NCBI GenBank assembly: GCA_964586255.1
Contig: CAZPGE010000003.1
Location: forward strand, 2,537 to 66,536
Source of the DNA: an uncultured Candidatus Saccharibacteria bacterium
GTDB lineage: Bacteria > Patescibacteriota > Minisyncoccia > Phycocordibacterales > UBA2100
Direction: 5' to 3'
Length of the DNA: 64,000 nt
The notes beneath the pieces are model-generated. The model was not told where the DNA came from. It was given only the letters and a program-made list of their open reading frames with translations, and did not search any database. Positions 46,629 to 55,398 of the stretch are shown piece by piece. Within the stretch, counting starts at the first letter, position 1, and every line of letters begins with the position of its first letter. The position numbers and the translations under genes were made by a program.

Positions 46629-48692
46629 ATGGCTGTAAGTAAGGGAAAATCCGCCGATTCCGCCGCCCCAAAAAAGGGCGGAAGTTCGTATGGGGCAGCC
46701 GACATCACCGTCCTTGAGGGGCTCGAGGCAGTACGTCGCAGGCCGGGTATGTACATCGGCACCACCGGTGTCTCTGGTCTGCATCATCTCGTATGGGAAA
46801 TCTTCGACAACTCGCGCGACGAGGCCATGGGCGATTTTGCCGATGACATCGAAATAGCGCTTCTCCCTGGCAATCGCGTACGCGTCGCCGACAACGGTCG
46901 CGGCATCCCGGTCGACATCCACCCGAAGACAAAGGTCTCAGCACTCGAGACGATTATGACTACTCTGCATGCCGGCGGTAAGTTCGGAGGCGAAGGATAC
47001 AAAGTATCCGGCGGACTTCATGGTGTTGGTGCATCGGTCGTGAACGCGCTTTCGACAAAGGTGCGAGCGATTGTACACCGCGATGGCGGCGAGCACGTAC
47101 AAGAATACAAAGACGGCGGCAAGGCAGTCAGCAAGGTCAAGAAGCTCGCCGCGTCGAAGCTTCACGGCACTATCATCACATTTCAACCCGACCCGTCGAT
47201 TTTCCCCGACACTGCTTTCAACTGGGACACTATCGTGTCGCACATGCGCCAGCAGGCGTACCTGGTGAAAGGTATGCGTATTTCGATACTCGATTTGCGC
47301 AATGTCGAAAAAGTGCGTGACGAAGATGTCTTCTATATCCGCGAACTCGGTCTTGATGCGCCGTCGGTGACCTTTTACTTTGAGGGTGGCTTGCGTAGCC
47401 TCGTGTCCTTCCAGAATCACCATCTCGACCCGATTCACAAAACCGTTTTCTATATAGAAAAAGAACAAGATGACGTGCACGTAGAAGTCGCACTTCAGTA
47501 TGTCGACGACATTACCTCGCGTATTTCAGCATTTGCCAACAACATCTACACCGCAGAGGGCGGCACGCATGTGACCGGCTTCAAGACTGCGCTTACGCGC
47601 TCGATCAACGCAAAGAGTGGTGCCGCAGAGAGCTTCACCGGCGACGATGTACTCGAAGGTCTCACGGCGGTGGTCTCGGTCAAGCTTCGTGAAATTCAGT
47701 TTGAGGGCCAAACAAAAGGAAAGCTCGGCTCTGTAGAGGCACGCGGTGCCACAGAGGCCATCTTTGGTGAGGCGTTCAATACGTTCCTCGAAGAAAATCC
47801 GGACGAGGCGCGCGCTATCATCGGCAAAATCACCCTTGCGATGAAGGCACGTAAAGCCGCCAAGGCCGCCAAGGATTCGATACTCCGCAAAGGTGCGCTC
47901 GATGGCATGACCCTGCCGGGCAAGCTCGCCGACTGTCAGACGAAATCAGCAGAGGAGGCCGAGCTCTTTATCGTGGAGGGAGATTCGGCAGGAGGCACGG
48001 CAAAAATGGGCCGCGACCGTCGCATACAGGCTATCCTTCCGCTCCGCGGCAAGATTCTCAACATCGAACGTGCTCGTCTCGACAAGATGCTTGCGAGCGA
48101 GCAGATAAAGAATCTCGTGGTCGCACTCGGTACCGCGATAGGTGACATCTTCAATATCGAGAAGCTCCGCTACCACAAGATAATCATCGCCACCGATGCC
48201 GATGTGGACGGTGCACACATTCGCACGCTCTTGCTCACACTCATGTTCCGTCATTTCCGACCGATAATCGACGGCGGCTTCCTCTACATCGCACAGCCAC
48301 CGCTCTTTAAGGTGAAGAAGGGCAAGGAAGTTTTCTATGCGTACTCTGACGAGCAGCGTGTTGCGCTCGTCGGCAAGGATCTGCCGCTCGAAGTTGAGGG
48401 CGGTGATGAGTCTGGGGAGAGCGAACAAGAAGAAGCAGCCGAAGAAGTGGAAGATAAGAAGGCAAAGAAGACTCCGAAAATATCTGTTCAGCGCTACAAG
48501 GGCCTCGGAGAAATGAACTCGGAGGAGCTATGGGAGACAACCATGGACCCTGAGCGTCGCATACTCAAGCAAGTCACTATCGTCGACGCCCAGGAAGCCG
48601 ATATGATATTCGATATGCTCATGGGCACCGACGTCCCCGCCCGTAAATCATTCATCCAGTCGCACGCAAAAGAAGCGACCATCGACATATAA
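46629..48692 (+). CDS. gyrB: DNA gyrase subunit B
   Basis: GLEAVRRRPGMYIGTT, the ATP lid (HAGGKFGG...GLHGVGASVVNALS), Toprim (FIVEGDSAGGTAKMGRDR...PLRGKILN) and the C-terminal RYKGLGEMN. Confidence 0.9.
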   Translation: MAVSKGKSADSAAPKKGGSSYGAADITVLEGLEAVRRRPGMYIGTTGVSGLHHLVWEIFDNSRDEAMGDFADDIEIALLPGNRVRVADNGRGIPVDIHPKTKVSALETIMTTLHAGGKFGGEGYKVSGGLHGVGASVVNALSTKVRAIVHRDGGEHVQEYKDGGKAVSKVKKLAASKLHGTIITFQPDPSIFPDTAFNWDTIVSHMRQQAYLVKGMRISILDLRNVEKVRDEDVFYIRELGLDAPSVTFYFEGGLRSLVSFQNHHLDPIHKTVFYIEKEQDDVHVEVALQYVDDITSRISAFANNIYTAEGGTHVTGFKTALTRSINAKSGAAESFTGDDVLEGLTAVVSVKLREIQFEGQTKGKLGSVEARGATEAIFGEAFNTFLEENPDEARAIIGKITLAMKARKAAKAAKDSILRKGALDGMTLPGKLADCQTKSAEEAELFIVEGDSAGGTAKMGRDRRIQAILPLRGKILNIERARLDKMLASEQIKNLVVALGTAIGDIFNIEKLRYHKIIIATDADVDGAHIRTLLLTLMFRHFRPIIDGGFLYIAQPPLFKVKKGKEVFYAYSDEQRVALVGKDLPLEVEGGDESGESEQEEAAEEVEDKKAKKTPKISVQRYKGLGEMNSEELWETTMDPERRILKQVTIVDAQEADMIFDMLMGTDVPARKSFIQSHAKEATIDI

Positions 48693-48743
48693 ACTAAACC
48701 CCAATCAAATGGACGCCTTTCGGCGTCCTTAGATGATGAAGGC

Positions 48744-48780
48744 ATGACGGAGTTCGTAACTCCGTCATATTGTTTTAGTA
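48744..48780 (+). terminator. Hairpin plus T-run after gyrB (the region also holds a second hairpin at 48711-48728 on the convergent gene's side)
   Basis: atgacggagt-tcgta-actccgtcat followed by attgtttta. Confidence 0.45.
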
Positions 48781-49749
48781 GATTGGGTACTGATACGGAG
48801 CGTTGTAGTTGTACGGATAGCTTCCGCTTATGTACTGAGAGTCGGTGTTGTTGACCTCATTGCTCTCAGCTGCAGTATTCGATGGGTCGACAATCACATA
48901 TACCTGACCAGGGATTGCTTGCGTGAATCGCAGCGTGTTGACGATGTACGAGCCAGGAGCGAGCGAAGACTGTAGCGGTGACATGTAGGTGTATGGCTGC
49001 GCTGTCGGAATCTGTGCAGTGAAGTAGTAGCTGCCGCTGTTTCCCGTGCCGATGTTGGAGATGTTAAACGTCACTGTACCGTTGCCGTACTGGTCTATCG
49101 AGACCGATGTGATGGTGACGGCGAGATCACCGAGGCCATACGCGGCAGGTTTCGCAGGTGTCGGTGTTGGCGTCGCGGGCGTGATTGGTTTCTTTGGCTC
49201 CGTGACGACAGGAGTCGTCGGCGTACTCGGCGCGGGGGTGCCGGAAGATGCGAGGACCGTCATCGTGACCGAACCTTCTGCTGGGGTGGACGATGTAGCG
49301 CTTGGGATGAAGAGCACAGAGAGGGGAGTCTTTACCGATGAGGTGCCGGTGAGCATCGGGAGGATGGTCGCGCTCGTCGTCGCTGTGCCGAGCGTATATG
49401 CGGTGCCGCACGGGATAGTCGTAAATGTCTGCACAGCCGAAGGTGTCGAGAAACGGAGTCCCTCAGTGCATGGATAGATAAGTGCGTATGAGCCAGCTTC
49501 ACTCGTCTTATGTTTCCACGAAATACGCGCGCTCTGACCGGAGTTTACAGAAGCGGGAGCGGTGACAGATATCGATGTGTCGCCCTTTCCGTCAAAGAGT
49601 GAAGAGAAAAAGCCGCCTGAAATCGAGAGGAGATGTATAAGACCCCAAATAATTATCACCACAAGGATAATCGAACCTATGATGGCGAGGATATTCGCAA
49701 GCATCATCGTGCCGGCGCCCTTTTGGTTTGTGTCTGACATGGCCGGCAT
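48775..49749 (-). CDS. N-terminally anchored, Thr/Pro-rich surface protein with a C-terminal CARDB-like domain
   Basis: TM helix (LANILAIIGSIILVVIIIWGLI), a TP-rich linker (PAPSTPTTPVVTEPKKPITPATPTPTP), then a C-terminal region (VIVDPSNTAAESNEVNNT) that resembles the CARDB motif. Start chosen at MPAMSD. Confidence 0.55.
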   Translation of the reverse strand: MPAMSDTNQKGAGTMMLANILAIIGSIILVVIIIWGLIHLLSISGGFFSSLFDGKGDTSISVTAPASVNSGQSARISWKHKTSEAGSYALIYPCTEGLRFSTPSAVQTFTTIPCGTAYTLGTATTSATILPMLTGTSSVKTPLSVLFIPSATSSTPAEGSVTMTVLASSGTPAPSTPTTPVVTEPKKPITPATPTPTPAKPAAYGLGDLAVTITSVSIDQYGNGTVTFNISNIGTGNSGSYYFTAQIPTAQPYTYMSPLQSSLAPGSYIVNTLRFTQAIPGQVYVIVDPSNTAAESNEVNNTDSQYISGSYPYNYNAPYQYPIY

Positions 49750-49815
49750 CTTTACATGAATATATGCGTTTGTCAAGTGCTCTGGGAGGGGCCTATTGAC
49801 AAAGAGGCACATAAG

Positions 49816-50520
49816 ATGTATGATTCACCTATGAATCCTACCCACGGCACAACAAAGCCACAAAAAACCGCTCCCAAGAGCGTCTTTCTTGCTGCGACGC
49901 TCGTGGTCTTCTTTCTCTCGCTCTCAGCGGCAGATTCTGTCGGCTTTGTTCCCGATTACATCGATGGGACGAATACAGAGTACGAGACCGTCGCAGAGAC
50001 ACTCTCTGAAGAGACGGTAGCTCTCTCGAGTCTTCCTGAGCTTGGTCCAAGTACGCCTGTTGTCGAAGAAATCGCCGTAAAGCCGGAGCGCCTCATCATC
50101 TCTGCTATCGACCTCGACCTCTCCATACAGAATCCAGGGACGCGCGACATCGGCGAGCTCGATGCGCTTCTTAAAAATGGTCCTGCGAGGTACGTCGACT
50201 CTGCGATGCTCGGCGAGAACGGCGGCAACATGATTATCTTCGCACATTCGTCGAATCTTCCTGTAGTGCGCAATCAGATGTACAAAGCGTTCAACAAAGT
50301 ACCGACACTGGTCGCGGGGGATACCATCACCATCCAGGCTGATGGAAAGAGTTACTTGTACATGGTCACGTCGGTAAAAAAGGCAGATGCGTCGGACACT
50401 CGAATCGACATGTCGCGCACGCTTGGTACGCGTCTCACCCTCGTGACGTGCGATACCCTCACTTCAAAAGATGCACGCTTTGTGCTGGAGGCCTCATTTG
50501 TTGGCTCGTACGACATATAA
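49816..50520 (+). CDS. Sortase-family transpeptidase
   Basis: N-terminal TM anchor. Candidate catalytic His (NMIIFAHSS), Cys (TRLTLVTCDT) and a downstream Arg (KDARFVLEA). Confidence 0.65.
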   Translation: MYDSPMNPTHGTTKPQKTAPKSVFLAATLVVFFLSLSAADSVGFVPDYIDGTNTEYETVAETLSEETVALSSLPELGPSTPVVEEIAVKPERLIISAIDLDLSIQNPGTRDIGELDALLKNGPARYVDSAMLGENGGNMIIFAHSSNLPVVRNQMYKAFNKVPTLVAGDTITIQADGKSYLYMVTSVKKADASDTRIDMSRTLGTRLTLVTCDTLTSKDARFVLEASFVGSYDI

Positions 50521-50524
50521 ATCT

Positions 50525-51100
50525 ATGAACACCATGAAAACACTCATCATCCCTCTCGCGTGTGCCGCCATCCTCCTTGGTGCAAACACGGCATCTGCCG
50601 CATCCAACTGCGGATGCGATGAAATCGTAGTTTCGCGCAGCACGATAGTCGCACAGCCTGTCACCATTGCGGGTCCCGTCACTGTAGGACGACCGGCTAC
50701 AGTCGGCCGTCCAGCGACAGTCGGTCGCCCCGTAAACGTAGGGCGCCCTGTGAGTGTGGGCTATCCCGTCATAATCGGCCGACCCATCAGTCTTGGGTAT
50801 CCGGTTGAAATCGGCTACGCGGTAGACGTCGCACACGCTGTCGAAATCGCGCATGCGGTAGACATCGCACGCGCCGTCGATATCGGTAAGGTGGTCGACA
50901 TTGCGCACGCAGTCACGATTGGTTCTGTTGCAAACATCGGCTCCGTCGTCTCGATTGGTCATGCTGTGGAAATCGCGCGTGCGGTAGATGTAGGACGCCC
51001 CGTCGAGATTGCACATGCGATAGATATTCATCGCCAGACGAAGCCCGACAATTCCGTCGAATCAAATCTCGAGCAGATGCGTCGCATCTTAGCGAATTAG
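50525..51100 (+). CDS. Secreted protein built almost entirely of ~20 hexapeptide repeats ([VIL]-[GA]-x-[PA]-V-x; left-handed-beta-helix-like periodicity)
   Basis: Signal peptide (LIIPLACAAILLGANTASA), then VGRPATVGRPATVGRPVNVGRPVSVGYPVIIGRPISLGYPVEIGYAVDVAHAVEIAHAVDIARAVDIGKVVDIAHAVTIGSVANIG... Starts 5 nt after the sortase stop. Confidence 0.55.
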   Translation: MNTMKTLIIPLACAAILLGANTASAASNCGCDEIVVSRSTIVAQPVTIAGPVTVGRPATVGRPATVGRPVNVGRPVSVGYPVIIGRPISLGYPVEIGYAVDVAHAVEIAHAVDIARAVDIGKVVDIAHAVTIGSVANIGSVVSIGHAVEIARAVDVGRPVEIAHAIDIHRQTKPDNSVESNLEQMRRILAN

Positions 51101-51179
51101 GGTATTCATTGACATTTGTCTTCTGCGTGGCACAATAGCCACGGCAAACGCGGCATAGAGTCGCAGAGAGGAGTCTGGA

Positions 51180-51617
51180 ATGCCCATCCATCATACGAAA
51201 ATGCCTGCGAGCATTTGGGTCGTTTTCTACATCGGCGTGCTCGCAAGCATCGTCTACTCCGCCGCAATCTTCTTCCTCACGATTTTCCCGCACTGGTTCG
51301 GTGCAACAAGTCGTGGCCATATCACAGAGTGGTGGGGAATTGCGGGCGGCGTATTCATCTGCCTGCAGATCATCCCGGTCGTCTCGAGGCCCGTGCACAA
51401 GGATGCGTGGGAGATTGCGGACCACCTCACGTCCTGGATCCCTATTGTGATCTTGCTCGGTGCATTTCCGGCGATCTGGTTTACAAGGGGCATCATGCCC
51501 GATCGTTGGACCTGGCAGGTCTACGGAACTGGCCTTGCGCTGAGTATCGCGGACGTGCTTCTGACGTTCGTGTCGCTGAAGATTTCGCGCTTTGCTCAGC
51601 GGATTACCTCGGCGTAG
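51180..51617 (+). CDS. Small 4-TM membrane protein
   Basis: 145 aa with four hydrophobic helices. Confidence 0.5.
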   Translation: MPIHHTKMPASIWVVFYIGVLASIVYSAAIFFLTIFPHWFGATSRGHITEWWGIAGGVFICLQIIPVVSRPVHKDAWEIADHLTSWIPIVILLGAFPAIWFTRGIMPDRWTWQVYGTGLALSIADVLLTFVSLKISRFAQRITSA

Positions 51618-51646
51618 ATCTGCTGTTTGAGCGGGGATAGTTCTCA

Positions 51647-51702
51647 AATTGAGCGGGGCTGCAAGGCCCCGCTCTTGACTTTTTGATATATTAGTGTACA
51701 AT
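51647..51702 (+). promoter_or_regulatory. Terminator-promoter module A: GC-rich hairpin fused to TTGACT (-35), 16-nt spacer, TACAAT (-10)
   Basis: Hairpin gagcggggc-tggcaag-gccccgctc, then cTTGACTtttt...gtgTACAATt. The next gene begins about 38 nt downstream with a GGGAGA Shine-Dalgarno. Confidence 0.55.
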
Positions 51703-51739
51703 TTCAGGAGCGCAACCTTGTTTTTAACGGGAGAGACCC

Positions 51740-52225
51740 ATGAATGGAATGCAGCGATTCGTGTTCGTCGGTTCGGGGGTCGTTGCCCTCGTCTATGCGG
51801 CCTTCATCGCCACGGTGCTGTCGGCCAACTTCACGCCTGTCTACAGCCTCAGCGTGGACGAAGCAATCACCTCGACCGCCAACGTCATTGGATGGACGGC
51901 AATTCTCGCGTTCGTCCATGTCATCTTCCAGATCGCCCTCGACCGTGTCGAGCTGCAGGAGGAGACCGTCGGCGAGAAGGCGTGGGATATGCTCACGACG
52001 TTCATGCCGATTGTCGTATTCGTCCTCGTTTCCTTCTATATGGCGGGCAAGACGCCGAAAGTGGCGTGGTGGTCGACGCTGTATAGCTGGGTGTGGTGGA
52101 TCGTTCTCGCCTCGCTCATCGTCGACCTGTACAACGCCTGGAAGAGGGGGAGGGTCTGGCTGAGCTCGGCCGCGGCGCATGCGCCGGCGGCTCATCCTCC
52201 GGCAGGAGGTGCAGGAAACCCGTAA
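51740..52225 (+). CDS. Small 4-TM membrane protein (possible analogue of 51180..51617) with a Pro/Ala/His-rich tail
   Basis: 161 aa with four hydrophobic helices. Tail SSAAAHAPAAHPPAGGAGNP. Confidence 0.5.
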   Translation: MNGMQRFVFVGSGVVALVYAAFIATVLSANFTPVYSLSVDEAITSTANVIGWTAILAFVHVIFQIALDRVELQEETVGEKAWDMLTTFMPIVVFVLVSFYMAGKTPKVAWWSTLYSWVWWIVLASLIVDLYNAWKRGRVWLSSAAAHAPAAHPPAGGAGNP

Positions 52226-52245
52226 TACGGGGTGCAAGCTCTATC

Positions 52246-52305
52246 GGGGCGCGTCGGGATTCACTCCCGCCGCGCCCTTGACTTTTGTATACTATTTGCT
52301 ATAAT
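52246..52305 (+). promoter_or_regulatory. Terminator-promoter module B: GC-rich hairpin fused to TTGACT, 16-nt spacer, extended -10 TGcTATAAT
   Basis: ggggcgcg...cgcgccc hairpin, then cTTGACTtttgtatactattTGcTATAATaaaa. Confidence 0.6.
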
Positions 52306-52356
52306 AAAAACCGAATAAAACTATCGGTTTTGGCCCTAACATTGAGAGGAAATGCC

Positions 52357-52656
52357 ATGTCAGCTGGCGGTCATGATACCCACGGAAGTGGTGCGCTCGG
52401 GAAAGTTGCTGGCTGGGTGGCAGTTGCCACCTTCGCCGTCATTGTCGTCAACGGAGCCTTCAACAGGCTCGATGGCAAGAACTTCTTCGACGGGATCTTC
52501 AGCGGAGGTTCGCGCTCGCCGACAAGCTTCCAGGGTGTGAACAATCCGGGACGGCGTGTCGGCTATGTCGCCGGCGCTCCGACAACTGCACGGGAATGTG
52601 CCGCGCGTGGGGGCTCTGTCGTCAACGGCGGCATGTCCTGCAGCGGCTACCAATAG
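52357..52656 (+). CDS. Small N-terminally anchored protein with the conserved C-terminal two-Cys domain (family member P1)
   Basis: The start follows the promoter and a GAGAGGA Shine-Dalgarno. TM helix (VAGWVAVATFAVIVV). C-terminus RVGYVAGAPTTARECAARGGSVVNGGMSCSGYQ. Confidence 0.55.
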   Translation: MSAGGHDTHGSGALGKVAGWVAVATFAVIVVNGAFNRLDGKNFFDGIFSGGSRSPTSFQGVNNPGRRVGYVAGAPTTARECAARGGSVVNGGMSCSGYQ

Positions 52657-52668
52657 AGAGGAGATGTC

Positions 52669-52953
52669 ATGTCGAACGATACGCCGAAACATGAGTCCGG
52701 CTTCGAAAAGGGTATGGGCATTGGCTTCGGAATAGTGTGGGCCATTGCGCTCGTTGTTGCCGGCACCTTGCTCTTGATCATGATCTTCGAGCGATTCGGT
52801 CCGCCGAGCGCTTCGTACCGATCTCGTCAGGCTGCGGTCATCGGCACTCCCGGCAGCGGTTACGTCGCAGGAGCGCCCGTCAATGCGACGGAATGCATCG
52901 CGCGCGCTGGCCATGTCGTCTACGGCGGCAAGGGATGTCGTGACTACCGGTAA
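52669..52953 (+). CDS. Small N-terminally anchored protein with the conserved C-terminal two-Cys domain (P2)
   Basis: GAGGAG Shine-Dalgarno. TM helix (GIGFGIVWAIALVVAGTLLLIMIF). C-terminus GSGYVAGAPVNATECIARAGHVVYGGKGCRDYR. Confidence 0.55.
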   Translation: MSNDTPKHESGFEKGMGIGFGIVWAIALVVAGTLLLIMIFERFGPPSASYRSRQAAVIGTPGSGYVAGAPVNATECIARAGHVVYGGKGCRDYR

Positions 52954-52971
52954 CCATGGTCTTTACAACAA

Positions 52972-53020
52972 GGGAAGCGGCCTCGCCTCAGGCTTGGCCG
53001 CTCCCCGCTACTTTCTGAAA
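52972..53020 (+). terminator. GC-rich hairpin after P2 (a near-duplicate of the hairpin after P3)
   Basis: gggaagcggcc-tcgcctcaggctt-ggccgctcccc. Confidence 0.4.
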
Positions 53021-53104
53021 ATCCGATACGGTTTGATACATCGAACTGTGCCGGACTTTCACGAAAGGCGTGAGAGCACGAGTTCTTTGAAGGAGAGAAT
53101 ACAG

Positions 53105-53515
53105 ATGACCAAGATTGTCAGGTTGTTCTTCGGGTTGGCGATGCTCGCTATCTCGCAGATGGCTATGTCGAATGAGGCATCGGCTCAGCGCCGATGCGGC
53201 GATTTTATCCAGAACGGCACCATCTACGTCGCGAGTCGCGCGAGGGATTGTGACCGCGGCACTTCCTGGCAAAGGGATCGGCGCGGAAACCGCATCTGGG
53301 GCATGTCGCGTGCTTCATCGCATCGGGCCTACTATCACGGTCGTCATGCCGCGGCTCGACAGTACGGGCGTACGCGTTCGTACGCGTATCGTCCTGCAGC
53401 GGTTGCGGCGGTCACGACCAATTACATCCCCGGTGCGCCGCGAAATGTCGCGGAGTGCTATGCTCGCGGTGGCACGCTCGCCAACGGCGGACGCGGATGT
53501 GCCGGTTATCGCTGA
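53105..53515 (+). CDS. Secreted protein with the conserved C-terminal two-Cys domain (P3)
   Basis: AAGGAGAG Shine-Dalgarno. Signal peptide (LFFGLAMLAISQMAMSNEASA). C-terminus TNYIPGAPRNVAECYARGGTLANGGRGCAGYR. Confidence 0.55.
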   Translation: MTKIVRLFFGLAMLAISQMAMSNEASAQRRCGDFIQNGTIYVASRARDCDRGTSWQRDRRGNRIWGMSRASSHRAYYHGRHAAARQYGRTRSYAYRPAAVAAVTTNYIPGAPRNVAECYARGGTLANGGRGCAGYR

Positions 53516-53525
53516 AGTTCTTCCC

Positions 53526-53570
53526 GGAAGCGGCCTCGCCTGAGGCCTGGCCGCTTCCCAAGATTTTTCT
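53526..53570 (+). terminator. Intrinsic terminator after P3
   Basis: Perfect 10-bp stem ggaagcggcc / ggccgcttcc, then caagatttttctccc. Confidence 0.6.
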
Positions 53571-53709
53571 CCCACACTTGCGAATATCATTTCAGAGGTA
53601 TATGCCTCTGGATAGTCTTCGGAAGAAGATATTATGTTGAGCCGCTCGGACCGAAAGGGAAGAGCATCCTGTTCTACGACAATGCCCATGATGGGCGATG
53701 GAGAAGACC

Positions 53710-54369
53710 ATGAAGATGAGAATCGGTTTGGCAGCGCTTGCGCTGCTCGCGTTCATCCCCGCGGCGAATGCCAACGGGGCTGACAATAAGGCCTGCGAAC
53801 CCGACTGCTACAAGACGGTCACGAAGTCGAAGATCGTCGGATACAAGTGGGCGCGCGTGCCCGTTCGCAAGAAGTACGAGGTCAAGGAAAAGGTCACTTG
53901 CAAGGACGACTGCTCGCCTGTGAAGGTGAACGCCGGTCCCGGTGTCGACATTCCCTCGCCACCACCCGCGGTCGTCATTCAGAACCAGAAGGTCCTGGTG
54001 ATCACCCGCCCGGTCGTCGAATATGCCCCGGTTCCGCCGGTCCGCATTCTCCCGGCACCGGAGGTGGTCTACGACCAGCCGACCCTCGTACGCGCTCCGC
54101 CTCCGCCGATGGTGCAGGTGGTTCGCGCTCCGACGCAGTGCCGGCCGATCGTGCGTGCGACCTGCAATGGTTGCCAGCCCGTGCGGACCGCGTGCGTGCC
54201 TCCGGGTCATCATGGTCCGGCGAACGCTCATGGTGCCCCGCAGCAGACTGCAGCGGTCGGCTCGCCCGGCGGCGGTTATATCGCCGGCGCACCGACGAAT
54301 GCGCAGGAGTGCATCGCGCGCGGTGGCCAGCTCGCCAACGAAGGCCGCGGTTGCGCCGGCTACCGCTGA
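53710..54369 (+). CDS. Secreted Cys/Pro-rich protein with the conserved C-terminal two-Cys domain (P4)
   Basis: Signal peptide (MKMRIGLAALALLAFIPAANANG). Pro-rich middle region with 8 further Cys. C-terminus GGGYIAGAPTNAQECIARGGQLANEGRGCAGYR. Confidence 0.55.
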   Translation: MKMRIGLAALALLAFIPAANANGADNKACEPDCYKTVTKSKIVGYKWARVPVRKKYEVKEKVTCKDDCSPVKVNAGPGVDIPSPPPAVVIQNQKVLVITRPVVEYAPVPPVRILPAPEVVYDQPTLVRAPPPPMVQVVRAPTQCRPIVRATCNGCQPVRTACVPPGHHGPANAHGAPQQTAAVGSPGGGYIAGAPTNAQECIARGGQLANEGRGCAGYR

Positions 54370-54429
54370 TGCTCCAAGTTCTATCCTAGGCGACTCATTC
54401 GCCCAGGCAGCCCATTATCTCGGGCATCC

Positions 54430-54498
54430 GAGAGGCTCCATCGCAAGATGGGGCCTCTTTCTTTTTATACTTGACAAACCAATAGTATCTGCTATAAT
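54430..54498 (+). promoter_or_regulatory. Terminator-promoter module C: hairpin plus T-run, TTGACA, 16-nt spacer, extended -10 TGcTATAAT
   Basis: agaggc...gcctct hairpin plus ttcttttta, then cTTGACAaaccaatagtatcTGcTATAATag. Confidence 0.6.
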
Positions 54499-54581
54499 AG
54501 ATAGAGTACTGCAAACCCGCTTCGCGAAAGCGAAGCATCGTTCTCAAAGCGCCCAATTCGGGCATCATAGAGGAGACTTCC

Positions 54582-55145
54582 ATGAACAAATTGTTCACGC
54601 TGACCGCCGCTGTTCTCGCTTTGACCGCTTCCGTCGCATCTGCGCAGGATGTCGGCAGGTCGAAGGACATCGTCGAGTCCGCGCCCGCCGCTGCCGCTCC
54701 GGCACCCGTTCCGGGCCCGGTATCGACGTTCCCGACGGCCACTGCGCCGTCGTGCACGCTGATGCAGGTCCGCGTCGAAGTCCTGAAGAAGCCGGCGCGA
54801 TTCGTTGTCGCTGCCTTCGATCAGGCGTTCAACGAGACCGGCTCGGATGCGGACAAGGCCAAGTTCGTCGACGAGATGAAGACGTGCAACGGCGATGTCA
54901 TCGCCGTGCGCCCGAACTCGAAGTACGTCTCGGTCGACATTCACGTCGTGTCCGATACGCAGGGCTGGGCTACGATCAAGGTGCCCGCTTCGCGCAAGGC
55001 CAAGATGGTCGCGACGTTCCACTCGTCGGTTCCTGAGCTGAAGGCGACCCCGTTCTGGGCGTCTGCACAGTTCGCCGACCTGACGCAGGTGGATCTGAAG
55101 ACGGTGAATCCGGGCACGGTCGCGCAGAAGCACGACAAGCGCTGA
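54582..55145 (+). CDS. Secreted hypothetical protein
   Basis: Signal peptide (LTAAVLALTASVASAQD). 187 aa with a GC-rich codon bias like the rest of the cassette array. Confidence 0.5.
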   Translation: MNKLFTLTAAVLALTASVASAQDVGRSKDIVESAPAAAAPAPVPGPVSTFPTATAPSCTLMQVRVEVLKKPARFVVAAFDQAFNETGSDADKAKFVDEMKTCNGDVIAVRPNSKYVSVDIHVVSDTQGWATIKVPASRKAKMVATFHSSVPELKATPFWASAQFADLTQVDLKTVNPGTVAQKHDKR

Positions 55146-55398
55146 TATTCATCGGCAAGTTCTCCTTCGAGCGACGACGCAAGGCCTCTCAGCCTTGTGT
55201 CGTCGCCGAAACTTTTCGCAAACATCTGTCTTTCGAGATGAAAGACGACAGACAGATTTTTACGAACCCTTTTAGGTCAAAAAGGGAAGTAGGAATCGGC
55301 TGTGTACGAAAGGCGCACGACCTTGACAAGGGCCGATACGCGTGATAGTACGCTCACATTAGTAGGGTAGGAATTACTAAATAGAAACGATTAATTAT

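Noticed and set aside
46938-48540. Several 70-180-aa minus-strand ORFs inside gyrB (e.g. 46938..47480, 47946..48428)
   Set aside because: They are embedded antisense in a highly conserved housekeeping gene. No motifs, no translation-signal context.
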